Assembly: GCA_030295235.1 (NCBI GenBank)
Contig: AP026124.1
Coordinates: 372,001-436,000 of the forward strand
From: Fistulifera solaris
Taxonomy: Eukaryota
Direction: 5' to 3'
Length of the DNA stretch: 64,000 bases
In this document: in pieces, positions 12,662-24,504 of the stretch
Layout: each line of letters begins with the position of its first letter
Position numbering within the stretch: position 1 is the first letter of the stretch
Position numbers and translations under genes: made by a program
Notes under the pieces: generated by a model
Seen by the model: only the letters and a program-made list of their open reading frames with translations
The model's database searches: none
Told to the model about the DNA's origin: nothing

Positions 12662-15226
12662 TTAATGCCCTACATTTGAATACAGAACACGGCAAAGTTC
12701 TTGGGTCAGGGTTGTCGGCTCGCACGGGAACGGTTTGAACGTAAATACATCTGCACCAGCCTCAAAAAACTCGCTCTCTTTATCATTAGCCGATAGCCCA
12801 CATATCCGACAGTGGACTCCCTTCGTTCTCAAAGCCACTACTGTTTCAGTTCCCAAAAGTTGCTTTTCAACACCCGCCATGTACATGTCCATGAAAATCA
12901 AATCAAAGGATTCCGTCTCTACTAAGCGAAGAGCAGTTTCACCGTTCGATGCTTCTCGAAACGACCAGCCAGGTGCCACTGTTTTGGCCATCCTGATAAA
13001 CAATTTCCTTAACACTGGGTCATCGTCAACAAACAAAACAAATAGTTGCTCAGGAAGTTTACCGCTAAGATCACCATGTGAAGTAAAATTGGAGCGTTCG
13101 TCCGGCTGGTGCGCGATTGTCATGGGGCTTAACGGTGACCGACGAAGTTTGATTACAAATCTGGCACCAGGGTGGTCGTTATAGCCGCTGGTAAATGACT
13201 CGTCTAAATGAATCTCTCCTCCCATCAAATTGACCAAATTCTTGCATAAAAATAATCCAATGCCCTAGATTAAAGCATGGAGGTGTTAGCCGAGACAAAA
13301 GCATTTGTTGAAGACGAATGAACACCTACCGTTCCTTGGCTGAGACTGTCAAGGCTCTCCTGAAATTTGTTGAAAAGTAAACCACGCTTTTCTGGCGGAA
13401 TACCAGGGCCAGAATCCTCGATCGATAGTTCCACCAGGCCCTCCACTACCTGGGCGCGAAGACGCACGTACCCGCTTTCTACAAACTTCAAGCTATTTCT
13501 CCCAAGATTCAAAACAACCTGCTTCAATCGCAGACGGTCCGTCGTAACAAAAAGATGATTTGGACAGTCCACTTCGACTCGAAGTTGGCATTTCGCTGAT
13601 TCAGCATCGAATGCACAGGCTCCAAAACATCAAGAAATAAGTCGGTAGGTTCCATGGTGACTTTCAATTGCTGGTTGCCGCGCGGTGCATATCGAGCATA
13701 TTTCTCAAGAGATCGTTCACGAACTTCATGGCATTCTCAATAATAACTACGTCTTGCCGAGTCGTGGAGCACGACTCCTCGGTTGCCAGAGGTTCATTTT
13801 CAAAGACTGATGCCTTGACAAAGCTACATGCAGTCATTGCAGCGGCTACGGGATTGCGTACCTCATGACCTAAAAAATCATTGAGTTCGCGCTCGGCCCT
13901 TGTAGCCTCGTGGGCGTTCTTCAAAATCAGCATCGCTTTTTCCGCATCAGCAACTGCCTTAAGCTTGTTTCGCTGCTCAACACGTCGAGTCCGTGCACAT
14001 ATGAAGAGAGCTAAACACATACTGGTAAGGAAAATAATGATGCCGCCGACACATACAAACAGCACACCCGGCTTGTAAGTGTCATCAATCGTGAGAACTG
14101 ATACAATCCAACGCCTATCAGCGGCCATGATAATTTGCTCCATATACAAAACTTTTTTCCCCTGCAGCTCGGTCAAGGTTACTTCCGGAAGAAGAGTCAG
14201 CAAGGGTCCGCTGATATTATCATAAGACGTCACCGACGCCGCTCCAAGAAAGACCGGAGCCTCTTTGGAATCAGATTTATCAAAGATGTATACAGCAGAG
14301 TTGTGTTGTTGGTTCTCGGTGGACCGTTTGATCAGATCAGGAATACGAATAACAATAGATGCTAGGTCTTTCGGCCAAACGCCTGGGTCATTTGAAATCC
14401 TAATACCGGGGTGCATGAGTACAACACCATAAGATTCTTCCTCAATTTCTGTCACTAGCCTTAGGCGATCGGTTAACGCCTCTCTTCCTTCCTCCATGCA
14501 TTTTTTTTACAGCCTTTTGACGTGGTCCCCATGAGTAATAATCTAGATCAAGGGCAGCCTCGTTCCTTTCGACCGGTTCCACATAGTCTGAGACATATAA
14601 TGCGTGAGCGCTGCGTCAAAGCCGTAAGAACGCGAAAGCTTACGAATTCACTTACGAATAGGGAAATAATAACTGGTGTTCAGACGCGGTTCAACGATCG
14701 TCGAGTTTTCGTAATTAAAACCAACAAATCCTCTGTAGTTCAGTCTTGGATAGTACTCTTCGTAAAACGCTCTAGCCTCGGCCTCCGCCTCGTCTCGCTC
14801 GCTGTGTGAAATCTTCGGATTGAACTGAGCTGCGTGGAAGTCCAATTTATTGAAAACCAAATACTCATACATTTCGCGAAAGTCGACACGATTGAATTTC
14901 CTGTTCCTGCATCTTCCGTGAATCCACGCTGCGACGGTGACATATTCCTCCCATGCACCCTCAATCTTGCCAATCAAATCCAGTGCGCTACGAGTAAACT
15001 GATCCTCTTTATCTCTCTTGGCTGAACTGATTCCCATTGCAATAAACGCAGCTGCGATGCCACTTCCCAGAATGATTATCATTAGCACCAAAAGTCCTGT
15101 TTTCTTCTTGTGCCTGGTGCTTGCGAGAAAACCGTCGTCGCTGCTAATTGAAAATGCTTCCAGGTCAATCTTTCCTCCCATTTTCGATCGCTTTGGAAAG
15201 TGACGTGTATCGGAAATGCTTGACAT
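12662..15226 (-). CDS. Hybrid sensor histidine kinase A (TM-CHASE-TM-HisKA-HATPase-REC); introns ~14589-14655 and ~13265-13329
   Basis: Two TM helices flank a CHASE-like segment (YFPI..., GNEAA.DLD, ALTDRLRLV). H-box FLGHEVRNP; N and G boxes RLKQVVLNLGRN, DSGPGI and GTGIGL; receiver FVDDD...IFMDMYM...FKPF. Confidence 0.88.
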
Positions 15227-16611
15227 TGTTTTACTTGCTTTCTGAGATCTTTCTTCGTAAGTATGGCGTAGCTTCAGCGCACATCTCTTTTCGATATTAT
15301 TTCGATAAGATATTCACCTGTTAGAAACAAACTGATTTAGCGACAATGACAAAGTGCGATTGCCTTTGCGAACACACTCGACGTGTACTACGGTGACTCT
15401 CCAAATCAACACATCTCAATCTTCCCCTCCGCGTGTTTGCTATGAAAATCGGAGTACTTGTGACGGAGTATTTTCATTCGATCCTTCGCTGCTTCGTTGT
15501 TTTGGCGGGGTCACGTTTCGGGTCACTTTTCCGTCACGATCCATAGACCCTTGTACTGTAACTACCGGTACCGTCGTCTGCCACTCCGTAATTGTCTTCT
15601 GTTGCTGTTTTGTGCTTTCTCATTGTTGCTGGTCGGCGATGGGCCACGGACCTTTTCATTCAAACGTATTTGATTAACGGTCGTTTCGAAAGTGCTGTTT
15701 TTTCCGTTACGAAAGGAGCTCAAATAGGAAACACACGAGGGAACACCGATAAACCGGGAAGTCAAATGAGGCAATCTTCTGCCCCGTTTTACGCTAAAAA
15801 CTCAAAAACTCAATAAACGTCCTTCGACTGTTGACTTCCTTTGATTTCCCGTCATTTAAAGCGTGCTTATTCTGCGCGTTCATTCTTCATTCTGATCTCC
15901 GCGTTGTTGGACAAAGGGCTCACGTTTCTTTTATTTCACCCATACTCCTTTGTTTCACCCTTCATTGCTCCGTCGGTTTTTAAAACGGTTGTACCAGGTA
16001 CCGTACCGGTACCGTACTTGTATCGCTACGATAGAGAATACGGGTATGGGTGTGATTTTCTTACGATTAATTTACTTAAAGAGTGAGTACCGATGCGCTT
16101 GAGTGATAAACAAGCTAGCGTGTCTTTTGGCCTCGATACTCATATTTTGGTGGTGAGGTGACATTAATTTGAAATCGGATTACTTCTAGAAGGAGCTTTT
16201 GATGATACTTAGCTTTGACGAAACAAAACCCTTGTCCAATGGACAAGCCACCTTAAAATAATGATGCTCAACGCCCCATGTACCCATTTGTTTTGATTTA
16301 CTAGTCTATAGTCAGCTAAGTATCGTTCACACCATTGTTTTGCCAGGCGCAATTCCTTGCAATCAAGTCGATTGTACTCTCTACACGCCCTCCTGCAGGT
16401 GTGAGAGGACTCATGATCCACCGCAAGTTTTGACGTACTTTGTCTCTTAGCAATGCAATCTGGAATCTAAATTGGTCGGCCGAGACAAGCAACAAAAGAT
16501 ATTATCGGTTCCAGAAGACCCAGAGAAAAGTAGAGAACGGGAAAATCTGCACCTACAACGGTTCCAACTCATCACTCTGAGTTGAGCATAAACGGCTGTT
16601 TCGAAAACCGA

Positions 16612-19246
16612 TTACTCCGGAAATTCTCCTTTGGTTCGATAACTTGAATTTGAATAAAGAACCCGACAAAGTTCTTGGGTCAGGGCCCTAGACTCGCAAG
16701 GAAACGGTTTGAACGTAAATACATCCGCACCCGCTTCAAGGAACTCACTCTCTTTATCGTTTGCTGATAGCCCGCATATTCGACAATCGACTCCTTTTTT
16801 CCTTAAAGCCACCACAGTCTCAGTCCCTAGAAGTTGTTTCTCGACACTAGCCATGTACATGTCCATGAAAATCAAATCAAAATGCTCCACCTCCACTAAA
16901 TGAAGAGCAGTTTCACCATTCGATGCTTCTCGAAAGGACCAGCCAGGTGCTACTGTTTTCGCCGTCCTGGTGAATAATTTCCGTAGAATTGGATCGTCGT
17001 CGACAAACAAAACAGACATTTTCTCTGGAAGTTCGCTACTGAGCTCGGGATGCAAGCTTCGATCAGAGGCTTCTTCCGGTTGATAAACGATCGTCTCGGG
17101 ATTTAATGGGGGCTGACGGAGACTTACGACAAATCTGGTACCCGGATGATCTTTGTAGCCACTGGCGAACGATTCGTCGAGACTTATTTCTCCGCCCATC
17201 AGCTCGACAAGATTTTTGCAAAGAAACAAGCCAATCCCCTGGAATGGACAACAGCATAACGATATTAAAAACAGATATTCTTACGCGATCACCTCAGCGA
17301 TATAGTACTTACCGTTCCTTGACTAAGACTATCGAGACTCTCTTGAAATTTGTTGAAAAGTAAACGACGCTTTTCTGGCGGAATCCCTGGGCCAGAATCC
17401 TCGATCGATAGTTCCACCAGGCCCTCCACTACCTGGGCGCGAAGACGCACGTACCCGCTTTCTACAAACTTTAAGCTATTTCTCCCAAGATTCAAAACAA
17501 CCTGCTTCAATCGCAGACGGTCCGTCGTAACAAAAGGTGATTTGGACAGTCCACTTCGACTCGAAAGTTGGCATTTCGCTGATTCAGCATCGAGTGGACC
17601 GGCTCAAGAACATCGTGAAGCAAGTCAGTGGGTTCCATTGTAACTTTTAACTGCTTGTTGGCTGCCCGATGCATATCCAGCATATTCCGCAACAGATCGT
17701 TGACGAACTTCAAAGCATTTTCAATGATAACCACATCTTCCCGAATTGTCGACAGAGCCTCTTCAGTAGTCAGCGGTTCTTTTTCATTTACAGCCGCCTT
17801 CACAAAACTACATGCAGCCATTGCCGCGGCGACAGGATTGCGTACCTCGTGAGCCAAGAAGTCATTGAGTTCACGCTCGGCTCTGGTAGCCTCATGGGCA
17901 TTTTCTAAAATCAGCTGCGCTTTTTCTGCATCTGCATCTGCCTTCATTTTGTTGAGTTGCTCAACTCGGCGCGTATGCGTAAGAATCCAAAGAGCCAAAC
18001 ATAAACTAGCAAGGAATACAATGGTGCCCCCGATCGATACAAATAGCACATCCGGTTTAAAAGTGTCATCGACAGAGAGAACCGATACAGTCCACACTTT
18101 GTTGGCAGCCCTGATATTTTCCTCGAAGTACAGCTTGCTTGTTTTTTGGACCTCGGTCAGCGTTATTTCGGGGAGGGGCGTAAGCAACGCACCACTGTGG
18201 TCGCCATAAGGTATCACCTCAGCACCACCGAGAAAAAGCGGCTTGCCACCAGAGTCGGACCTATCGAAGATATAAACAGCCGAGCTCTGATGCTGGTTCT
18301 CAGCCGATCGTTTGATCAGATCAGGAATACGAATAACAATGGATGCGAGGTCTTTCGGCCAAGCATCTGGGTCAGTTGAAAGCCTAATGCCGGGGTGCAT
18401 AAGTATTACTCCGTAAGATATGTCCTCTGTTTCTTGTACTAGCCGCAGGCGATCGGTCAAAGCCGGTTCTCCTGTATCCATACATGCTAATACAGTTTTT
18501 GACGCACTCCCGATGCGTGATAGTCCAGACCGATAGCGGCTTCATTGCCGAGTACTGGTTCCATGTAGTCTGTGAAAAATAAACGAGTTGTTAACCAATG
18601 GATCGATATCTGTGGTGCGCAGCATAATTTCGCACTTACGAATAGGAAAGTAAAAGCTGGCGTTAAGCCGTGGCTCAACGGTTGTCGAGTTTTCGAAATT
18701 AAAGCCAACAAACCCTCGGTAATCGACGCTCGGATAATTCTCCTCGTAGTATGCCCTCGCTTCAGCTTCCGCTTCGTCTCGTTCGTCGTGTGTTATATTT
18801 GGATCAAATTGTGCTGCTTGAAAGTCGAGTCCGGATGCAACTAAATATTCGTACATTTCGCGAAAATCGACACGATCGAATTTCCTGTTTCTGCATCTTC
18901 CATGAATCCATGATGCGGCAGTGACATAATCCTCCCACGCCCCTTCAATTTTGGTGATTAAATCAAGTGCGCTACGAGCGAACTGATCTTGTTGGTCTTC
19001 CACGGCGGACCCGATCCCAACAGCTAAGAACGCCGCTGAAGTGCCACAGCCTAGAATTATAACCATTAACACTAGGAGCAAGGTCGTCCTTTGTTTGAAG
19101 GCTGAGATAGTCGCCGAGCCCTCGTTGCTGTCAAGGGAGCCTTTTTCTAGATCGATATCGGTTAAATTTCTTGACTTTTCATGTGAAAGTATCTCTAAAT
19201 TGCTATTGGACATCTCGACCATGGCATCTCCTCCGTTGCTAATCAT
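16612..19246 (-). CDS. Hybrid sensor histidine kinase B, tandem paralog of A; introns ~18570-18639 and ~17240-17311
   Basis: Same architecture and intron positions as A: FLAHEVRNP, YMEPVLGNEAAIGLD, DSGPGI, FVDDD and DMYM. Confidence 0.88.
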
Positions 19247-20197
19247 GTTGATACTTGAATGAACCTTTGCCCTAACAAAGCACGATGGCGAGGGTAGGAA
19301 TTAAACTTTGTTTTATAAGTACTCCCTCAGAGGATCGATTAGGTTCGAAAGACGAAGGACGGCGAACGATGATAATTCGAAACGCGTGTCATAATTTTCC
19401 GTCTCTTCTCGTTTTGGCTCCGATGCGGCCGAGAGCCGAAGCAGGAGGCAGGTGCAGTGCAGGGTACAAGTACCAGGTAGTGGTATGCGTTCATTGAGCA
19501 GGGTCGGACGTCGGACGGTCATCGGTCATTTTTATAGACGATAGAAAAGGGTGCAGGTTTGTCGCTCTAGTACTTTGTGTGGAATAGTGATTCATCAATC
19601 GGTGTCTCAGGCGACCAGAAACCAGAAGCCACAGAAAACAGAAACAGTCGTCCGCATCATCATCATCTTATTTCTTATTTCTTATTTGTTGTTCGTGGAC
19701 ATTCGGTCATTTGTGTCAAAGGAGTATATGTAACATATACTCCTTTGTTTGTGTACCAGTAGTCAAACAACAGTGGTGGAAAAAGCAAATGGCTTAAACT
19801 CCGGAGGACGAACTACGGAGTATTTTTAGTTTTAAGTTTCAAAAAGAATTCCTGTTCTTCTCTTTTTCTTTCTTCTTACTTTCGTACAATACAAAGTATT
19901 GTATGACAGATTGCAGGTTACATTATTATTACTCTACGCCTCAACGTACTTTTCACATCACACTTCTATGAACTTCAAGTCACGGGCTGAAGATTAGTCA
20001 CGAGGGCTATCCATTACCTCTGCGACGAAATCAAACATCCGGTTTCACTGTTTTACTTACCGCAATAGTCCCAAGTCCCAACACCCGTTTTCAAGACGCG
20101 AGTGAATGAATTAAAAGGTACTCCGTATACCAGTAAAAGGAACAAAATACGAACGACATCTGTATTGAGAATTGCTTTCTTGATAACTTACTGCCAA

Positions 20198-21529
20198 ATG
20201 AAATCATCCAATATTGAACAACGACAGCGCAAGATTTTAAGGGAGGACGATTATCAGGCCGCTCTTTCCGACATAATATCGCGTGACTATTTTCCTGAAC
20301 TAGACGCACTGAAAAGTCAAGAAGATCAGCAGCAGCGCTGCCTAACAGGCAATTCACACGGGAGATTGCAAGTGCAAGAATTTTTCCGATCACAAGAAGA
20401 TGATCAGTACGTCAGTGTGCTCGATGTGGGCAGGACGGACCTTCCCAAACCTCGTCACATGGAAAGCCTTTCCGCTTTTCACGCTCATGTGACCAGCGAG
20501 GATAATGCCTCATTCGATCAGGTACAAAGTGAAGAAATGAGAAGGAATGAAAAAATTGCTGCTCTCTGTAATTCATCCGCGAGTACGGAGAAGCGGCCAC
20601 TTCTGGCTCTTAGCAGCAGCTCGCATGCAATGAGTCCTCTGCCGCTAGCATCGAATCAATTTGACCCACCATCACATCAACTTTCTATTGACGCTTTTGA
20701 AAGAGAGTCAAACAATACCTTTTTCTTTGCTCCCGAAGACCGTCGAACTGCTGACAGTCGGACACTGGCAATTACTTTATCCGCTAAAAGTCCTTTGATA
20801 CAAACAATGCCGCCTCCGGCCAATCGAGGGGACACTTCAACGACAAAGACCGTTTCCCGGAAACAAATTGTACCTTCTGCAACTCGGTTTCCTTCCAAGG
20901 AGATAAATTTTTATCCTGCACCAAGCAGCAACTGGGATCTGGAAAGCCAAAGTGACCATTGGTCGTCAACGGATGACGGCAGTGAACTCACTGATTTAGA
21001 CCGTTCGCCTAGCTTACCTTTACACGTCGAAAGGGATCAAGCGATCAAAACGCGTAATCGCGAGCTCATTAAACTCGTCCGAATGACACCGCTGATTGTG
21101 CCAGGGTCTCGTGGGGCTGAGGAGTCGTCGCCCCTTATTACTTGGGGCACAGTGGATAGCACACCACTCGTTGTACCCCAGCAAGACGTGCACGCGTCTC
21201 CAGTCTTTCAGTTACCACAAACGAGTGCCAGAGACGAGACTGCTAGAAAGGCGCACAAAAGACTTGCTTGTCGGTCAACAACAACGCAACGAAGGAACTG
21301 TGTTCTTCCAGCTTTACGACCAAGCATGCAGAGAGAAAAGAGTTCAGCTGGACAAAAATATCTCCCCGTATCCGCTCGTTCTAGCAAATCTCTGGGATCC
21401 GCGTTGCGAAAGTCTTACCTTCGAGGGCCTGGATTTGCGCAACACGGATCTTTTTCGAACGCGATCATACCCAGTTCCACGGATACGGCCTACCAGCTTA
21501 CGCCAAGGTTGCCTCGGAAGCTTGGATGA
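20198..21529 (+). CDS. ESS2: Splicing factor ESS2/DGCR14 (Es2) family
   Basis: ILREDDYQAALSDIISRDYFPEL, TSEDNASF and SPLITWGTVDSTPL motifs. Confidence 0.8.
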   Translation: MKSSNIEQRQRKILREDDYQAALSDIISRDYFPELDALKSQEDQQQRCLTGNSHGRLQVQEFFRSQEDDQYVSVLDVGRTDLPKPRHMESLSAFHAHVTSEDNASFDQVQSEEMRRNEKIAALCNSSASTEKRPLLALSSSSHAMSPLPLASNQFDPPSHQLSIDAFERESNNTFFFAPEDRRTADSRTLAITLSAKSPLIQTMPPPANRGDTSTTKTVSRKQIVPSATRFPSKEINFYPAPSSNWDLESQSDHWSSTDDGSELTDLDRSPSLPLHVERDQAIKTRNRELIKLVRMTPLIVPGSRGAEESSPLITWGTVDSTPLVVPQQDVHASPVFQLPQTSARDETARKAHKRLACRSTTTQRRNCVLPALRPSMQREKSSAGQKYLPVSARSSKSLGSALRKSYLRGPGFAQHGSFSNAIIPSSTDTAYQLTPRLPRKLG

Positions 21530-21915
21530 CCGCTTTTATCGAAAATTCTGGGTCCTTATATGTGTCACAGCTGCTTGACACTTCTGTAGCTGTAAATGTC
21601 GGCCGATGACATAAGGCGATGAAAACAATGTATAGAGTTCCCTCTTGTCAATAGCGCGTAGTCGTTCTAATCCTACGTCGAAAGGCGCTTTTTTTATAAA
21701 ACTCCCTTTTTCGCATTCCATTTCGAAGATTTTTTATGCTATATACTCGGAAGCATTTCGAGCGAAGGTCTATTTTGAAATCGTGGGTGATAGCTATGGC
21801 AACTGGTAAGCTTAGTTTGATGGACTTTTTTCAAACTTAACCCGTAGCCGTAAACGTGCCGGAGGGGCGGAAAAATTGCCAAGATGCCATCACAGATCAC
21901 AGCAATACCTAATAA

Positions 21916-21964
21916 CCTGGTACCGGTACCGGTACCTGGTATACTTTGTACGGGTACAAAGTAT
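21916..21964. promoter_or_regulatory. GTAC/CCWGG palindrome cluster upstream of MAD1
   Basis: CCTGGTACCGGTACCGGTACCTGG followed by the hairpin ATACTTTGTAC-GG-GTACAAAGTAT. A regulatory role is inferred from position only. Confidence 0.4.
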
Positions 21965-22143
21965 GCAAACCGCTAACGCAAATCGATAGGCACTCGGCCA
22001 AAATACCATCATTGCTTATACTATTAGTTTCTTTCTGGACTCTAACTTTAGGAAAAAAGTGAACGCGAACATCAGCATCAACTTCGAACCAGCCAGTGTT
22101 TCGGGGCCCTTCATTCAAGTCTCGCCAACAATCCTGCAACGCA

Positions 22144-24119
22144 ATGTCGTCCGACGATCATTCTCATCTTCCTTCCAGCACCAAACGGCAACGCACGACG
22201 AGTCTGCTGACAATGCACCGCCCAATTACCAACGTACCGGCTCTTTTACTAGAGCAGCAACTAGAAAGCTTGCAAGCCGAACTAGATCACGAGCGGTCTT
22301 TACGAAATCTCGACCAACGGCGGGCGCAACAGCAAAGGAGCTCCTCGAACAACAAGTTGAGTTTGCTGTGAAAGAAGCAACGAATGCAAAGCAATTGATC
22401 AATGACTTTCGTACGGAGAGTCAAAACGCTCTGCAGAAAATGAAAGACGCAAGAGATATGGCGTACGAAGAAGTCCGCAAATTACAAGTCGAGCTCATAG
22501 ACGCTAGAGAAGAGTCAGAGAACGGAGATGATGCGGATCATACATGGAAATCAGAATACAACAGCGTTAAACAAAAACTCCAATTCCAAGAAGAGTACGA
22601 ACAAAAACTGTTAGAACAAATCAAAGACTTGGAGAACGAAGTGAGGAAACTTTCCGAAGAATTGCTTCGAACAAAGCCACCAGATTTACAACAGATGAAC
22701 CCAAGCCCCTCTCAAGATGCCCCTTCTGACTTACTGAGAGAACTACAGCGCGTCCGCATTGAATTGGCAGAGACGGAACGATCTCACAGACAACTGCAGC
22801 GATCACTCCAAGCAGCGGAGCAGCGCAACAAAACGCTTGTAGATGAGCGCGAAGTGGCTCAACGTGGGGCTGAACGGTTACCCAAAGTTCTGGCGGAACT
22901 CGACAATTTACGAAAAGACCACGAAGATTCATTGGCTACGCAGATAGCTTGGAAAACGTTTGGCGAGGAGCTTTTCGAGAAACTCAAGGGTACGGGTATC
23001 TTCAGCATGCCCATCAAAACAAACAATCATTTGCTACCTCCGGAAGTGTCAACAGTTTTGCGAATTCTTGAATCAGTACAGCAAAAAATCGAGAAGACAA
23101 CGCAAGAAAACAACAAACTTTGTGAAAAAGTCCGAACATTGGAATCGGCAATGAAGTCGACCGAAACGCAATCGTCTCAGAACCTAAGCAAACAGCTCGA
23201 GTGGTCCAAAGAAAGAAGTAAACTCGAGCAGAAACTTGTGACTTCTGAGCAGGAGACGGCGTTGCTGAAGAAGAAGAATTCTGTTTACCAGGGTGAAATA
23301 GAAAGCCTACGTGATCTTATCAGGACATTCGATGATCTACCTTTGGCAACGCATGGCTCGGCGGCATCGGACAACGCGAAGGATGCATCCGCTTTGAAAA
23401 TCTTGCAGTTATCACTTGACACGAAAACACAGGAAATTGCCGTGTTGGAGAAGGAACGACAAGAACTCAAAGTTCAGCTCGAGTCAACCAAACTGGTGAA
23501 CATCGATTCGAAAGAGGAACTTGACCGAGTCAAAGCGAAATTCGTCAAGCTGCGCGACACTCTCCAAGAGGAACGCGCAAAAGTTGAACAAGCAGAAGCA
23601 AGAGCGATTGAGGCTGAGGCTCTCGCTGGGAGGGGATCATTCGACCCTAATCGTACGCGCGTGTTACACTTTAAAGAAACGCCATTCGTTCAGTCACTCA
23701 AGGAGGAAGTTCAAGTCTTGAGACGCCAGCTAGAATTGAAGTCCGCGTCGTCGTCAAAAGTAGCACCGGATCCCGACAAACTAAATCAACGGCTGAAGCA
23801 AAATTTCAAAGAGCAAATTGCACTTTTCCGCGAGGGCGTTTACTTAATGACTGGATTTAAAGTGGATATGCTACCTGGAACCGACCGACCGACATTTCGC
23901 GTGCGCTCCATGTTTGCAGAGCGAGAGGAAGACCATCTTATGTTGAAATGGCCGAAAGGAGGAGAAACAATCAAGTCACTTGATATTCTTGGCACGGAAC
24001 TGGCCAAGTTGTTGGCCGCCAGTCCTAGTTACGAATACATGACAAAATTTCATAGCCTTCCGGCTTTCTTGGCCAGCGTCCAGCTTAGCTTGTTCGAAAA
24101 GCAGACGATGATGATGTAG
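22144..24119 (+). CDS. MAD1: Spindle checkpoint protein MAD1 (frameshift ~22330)
   Basis: Long coiled coil, Mad2-binding-like TRVLHF, RLKQNF...FREGVYLMTGFKVD, and C-terminal SLPAFLASVQLSLF. Confidence 0.88.
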
Positions 24120-24504
24120 CTTGTATAATCAGTTTTGATTAGGAAATAAGTATATAATCATGTAGGTAATTACTTGGAGGTCAAGCTAGGAGGGTAATAA
24201 AGGTTAGTATGATAACGACGGGATGAGCGGGTAAAGGGTACTGGATCACACCGGTATAACACTGTAGAATAGAAAGTGCAGATACTTTTGTCCTGAAACT
24301 GGCTTTCCCTTGGCAGAGAGGTGCGCTCTCGTCTATTTGTCATTGCGTTGGTTAATCATCTTTACCTGGTATCGCGGTGTAGATGATCGACTTTTAATAG
24401 TTAAAGCATTGCCTTTCGAGAATCGATAGGACACAGAAGTATTTCTTACGGGTCTAGTAGGGCGAGCGGAGTCACATCCCTTGCCGTTGTATTTTGCGGG
24501 CGCC

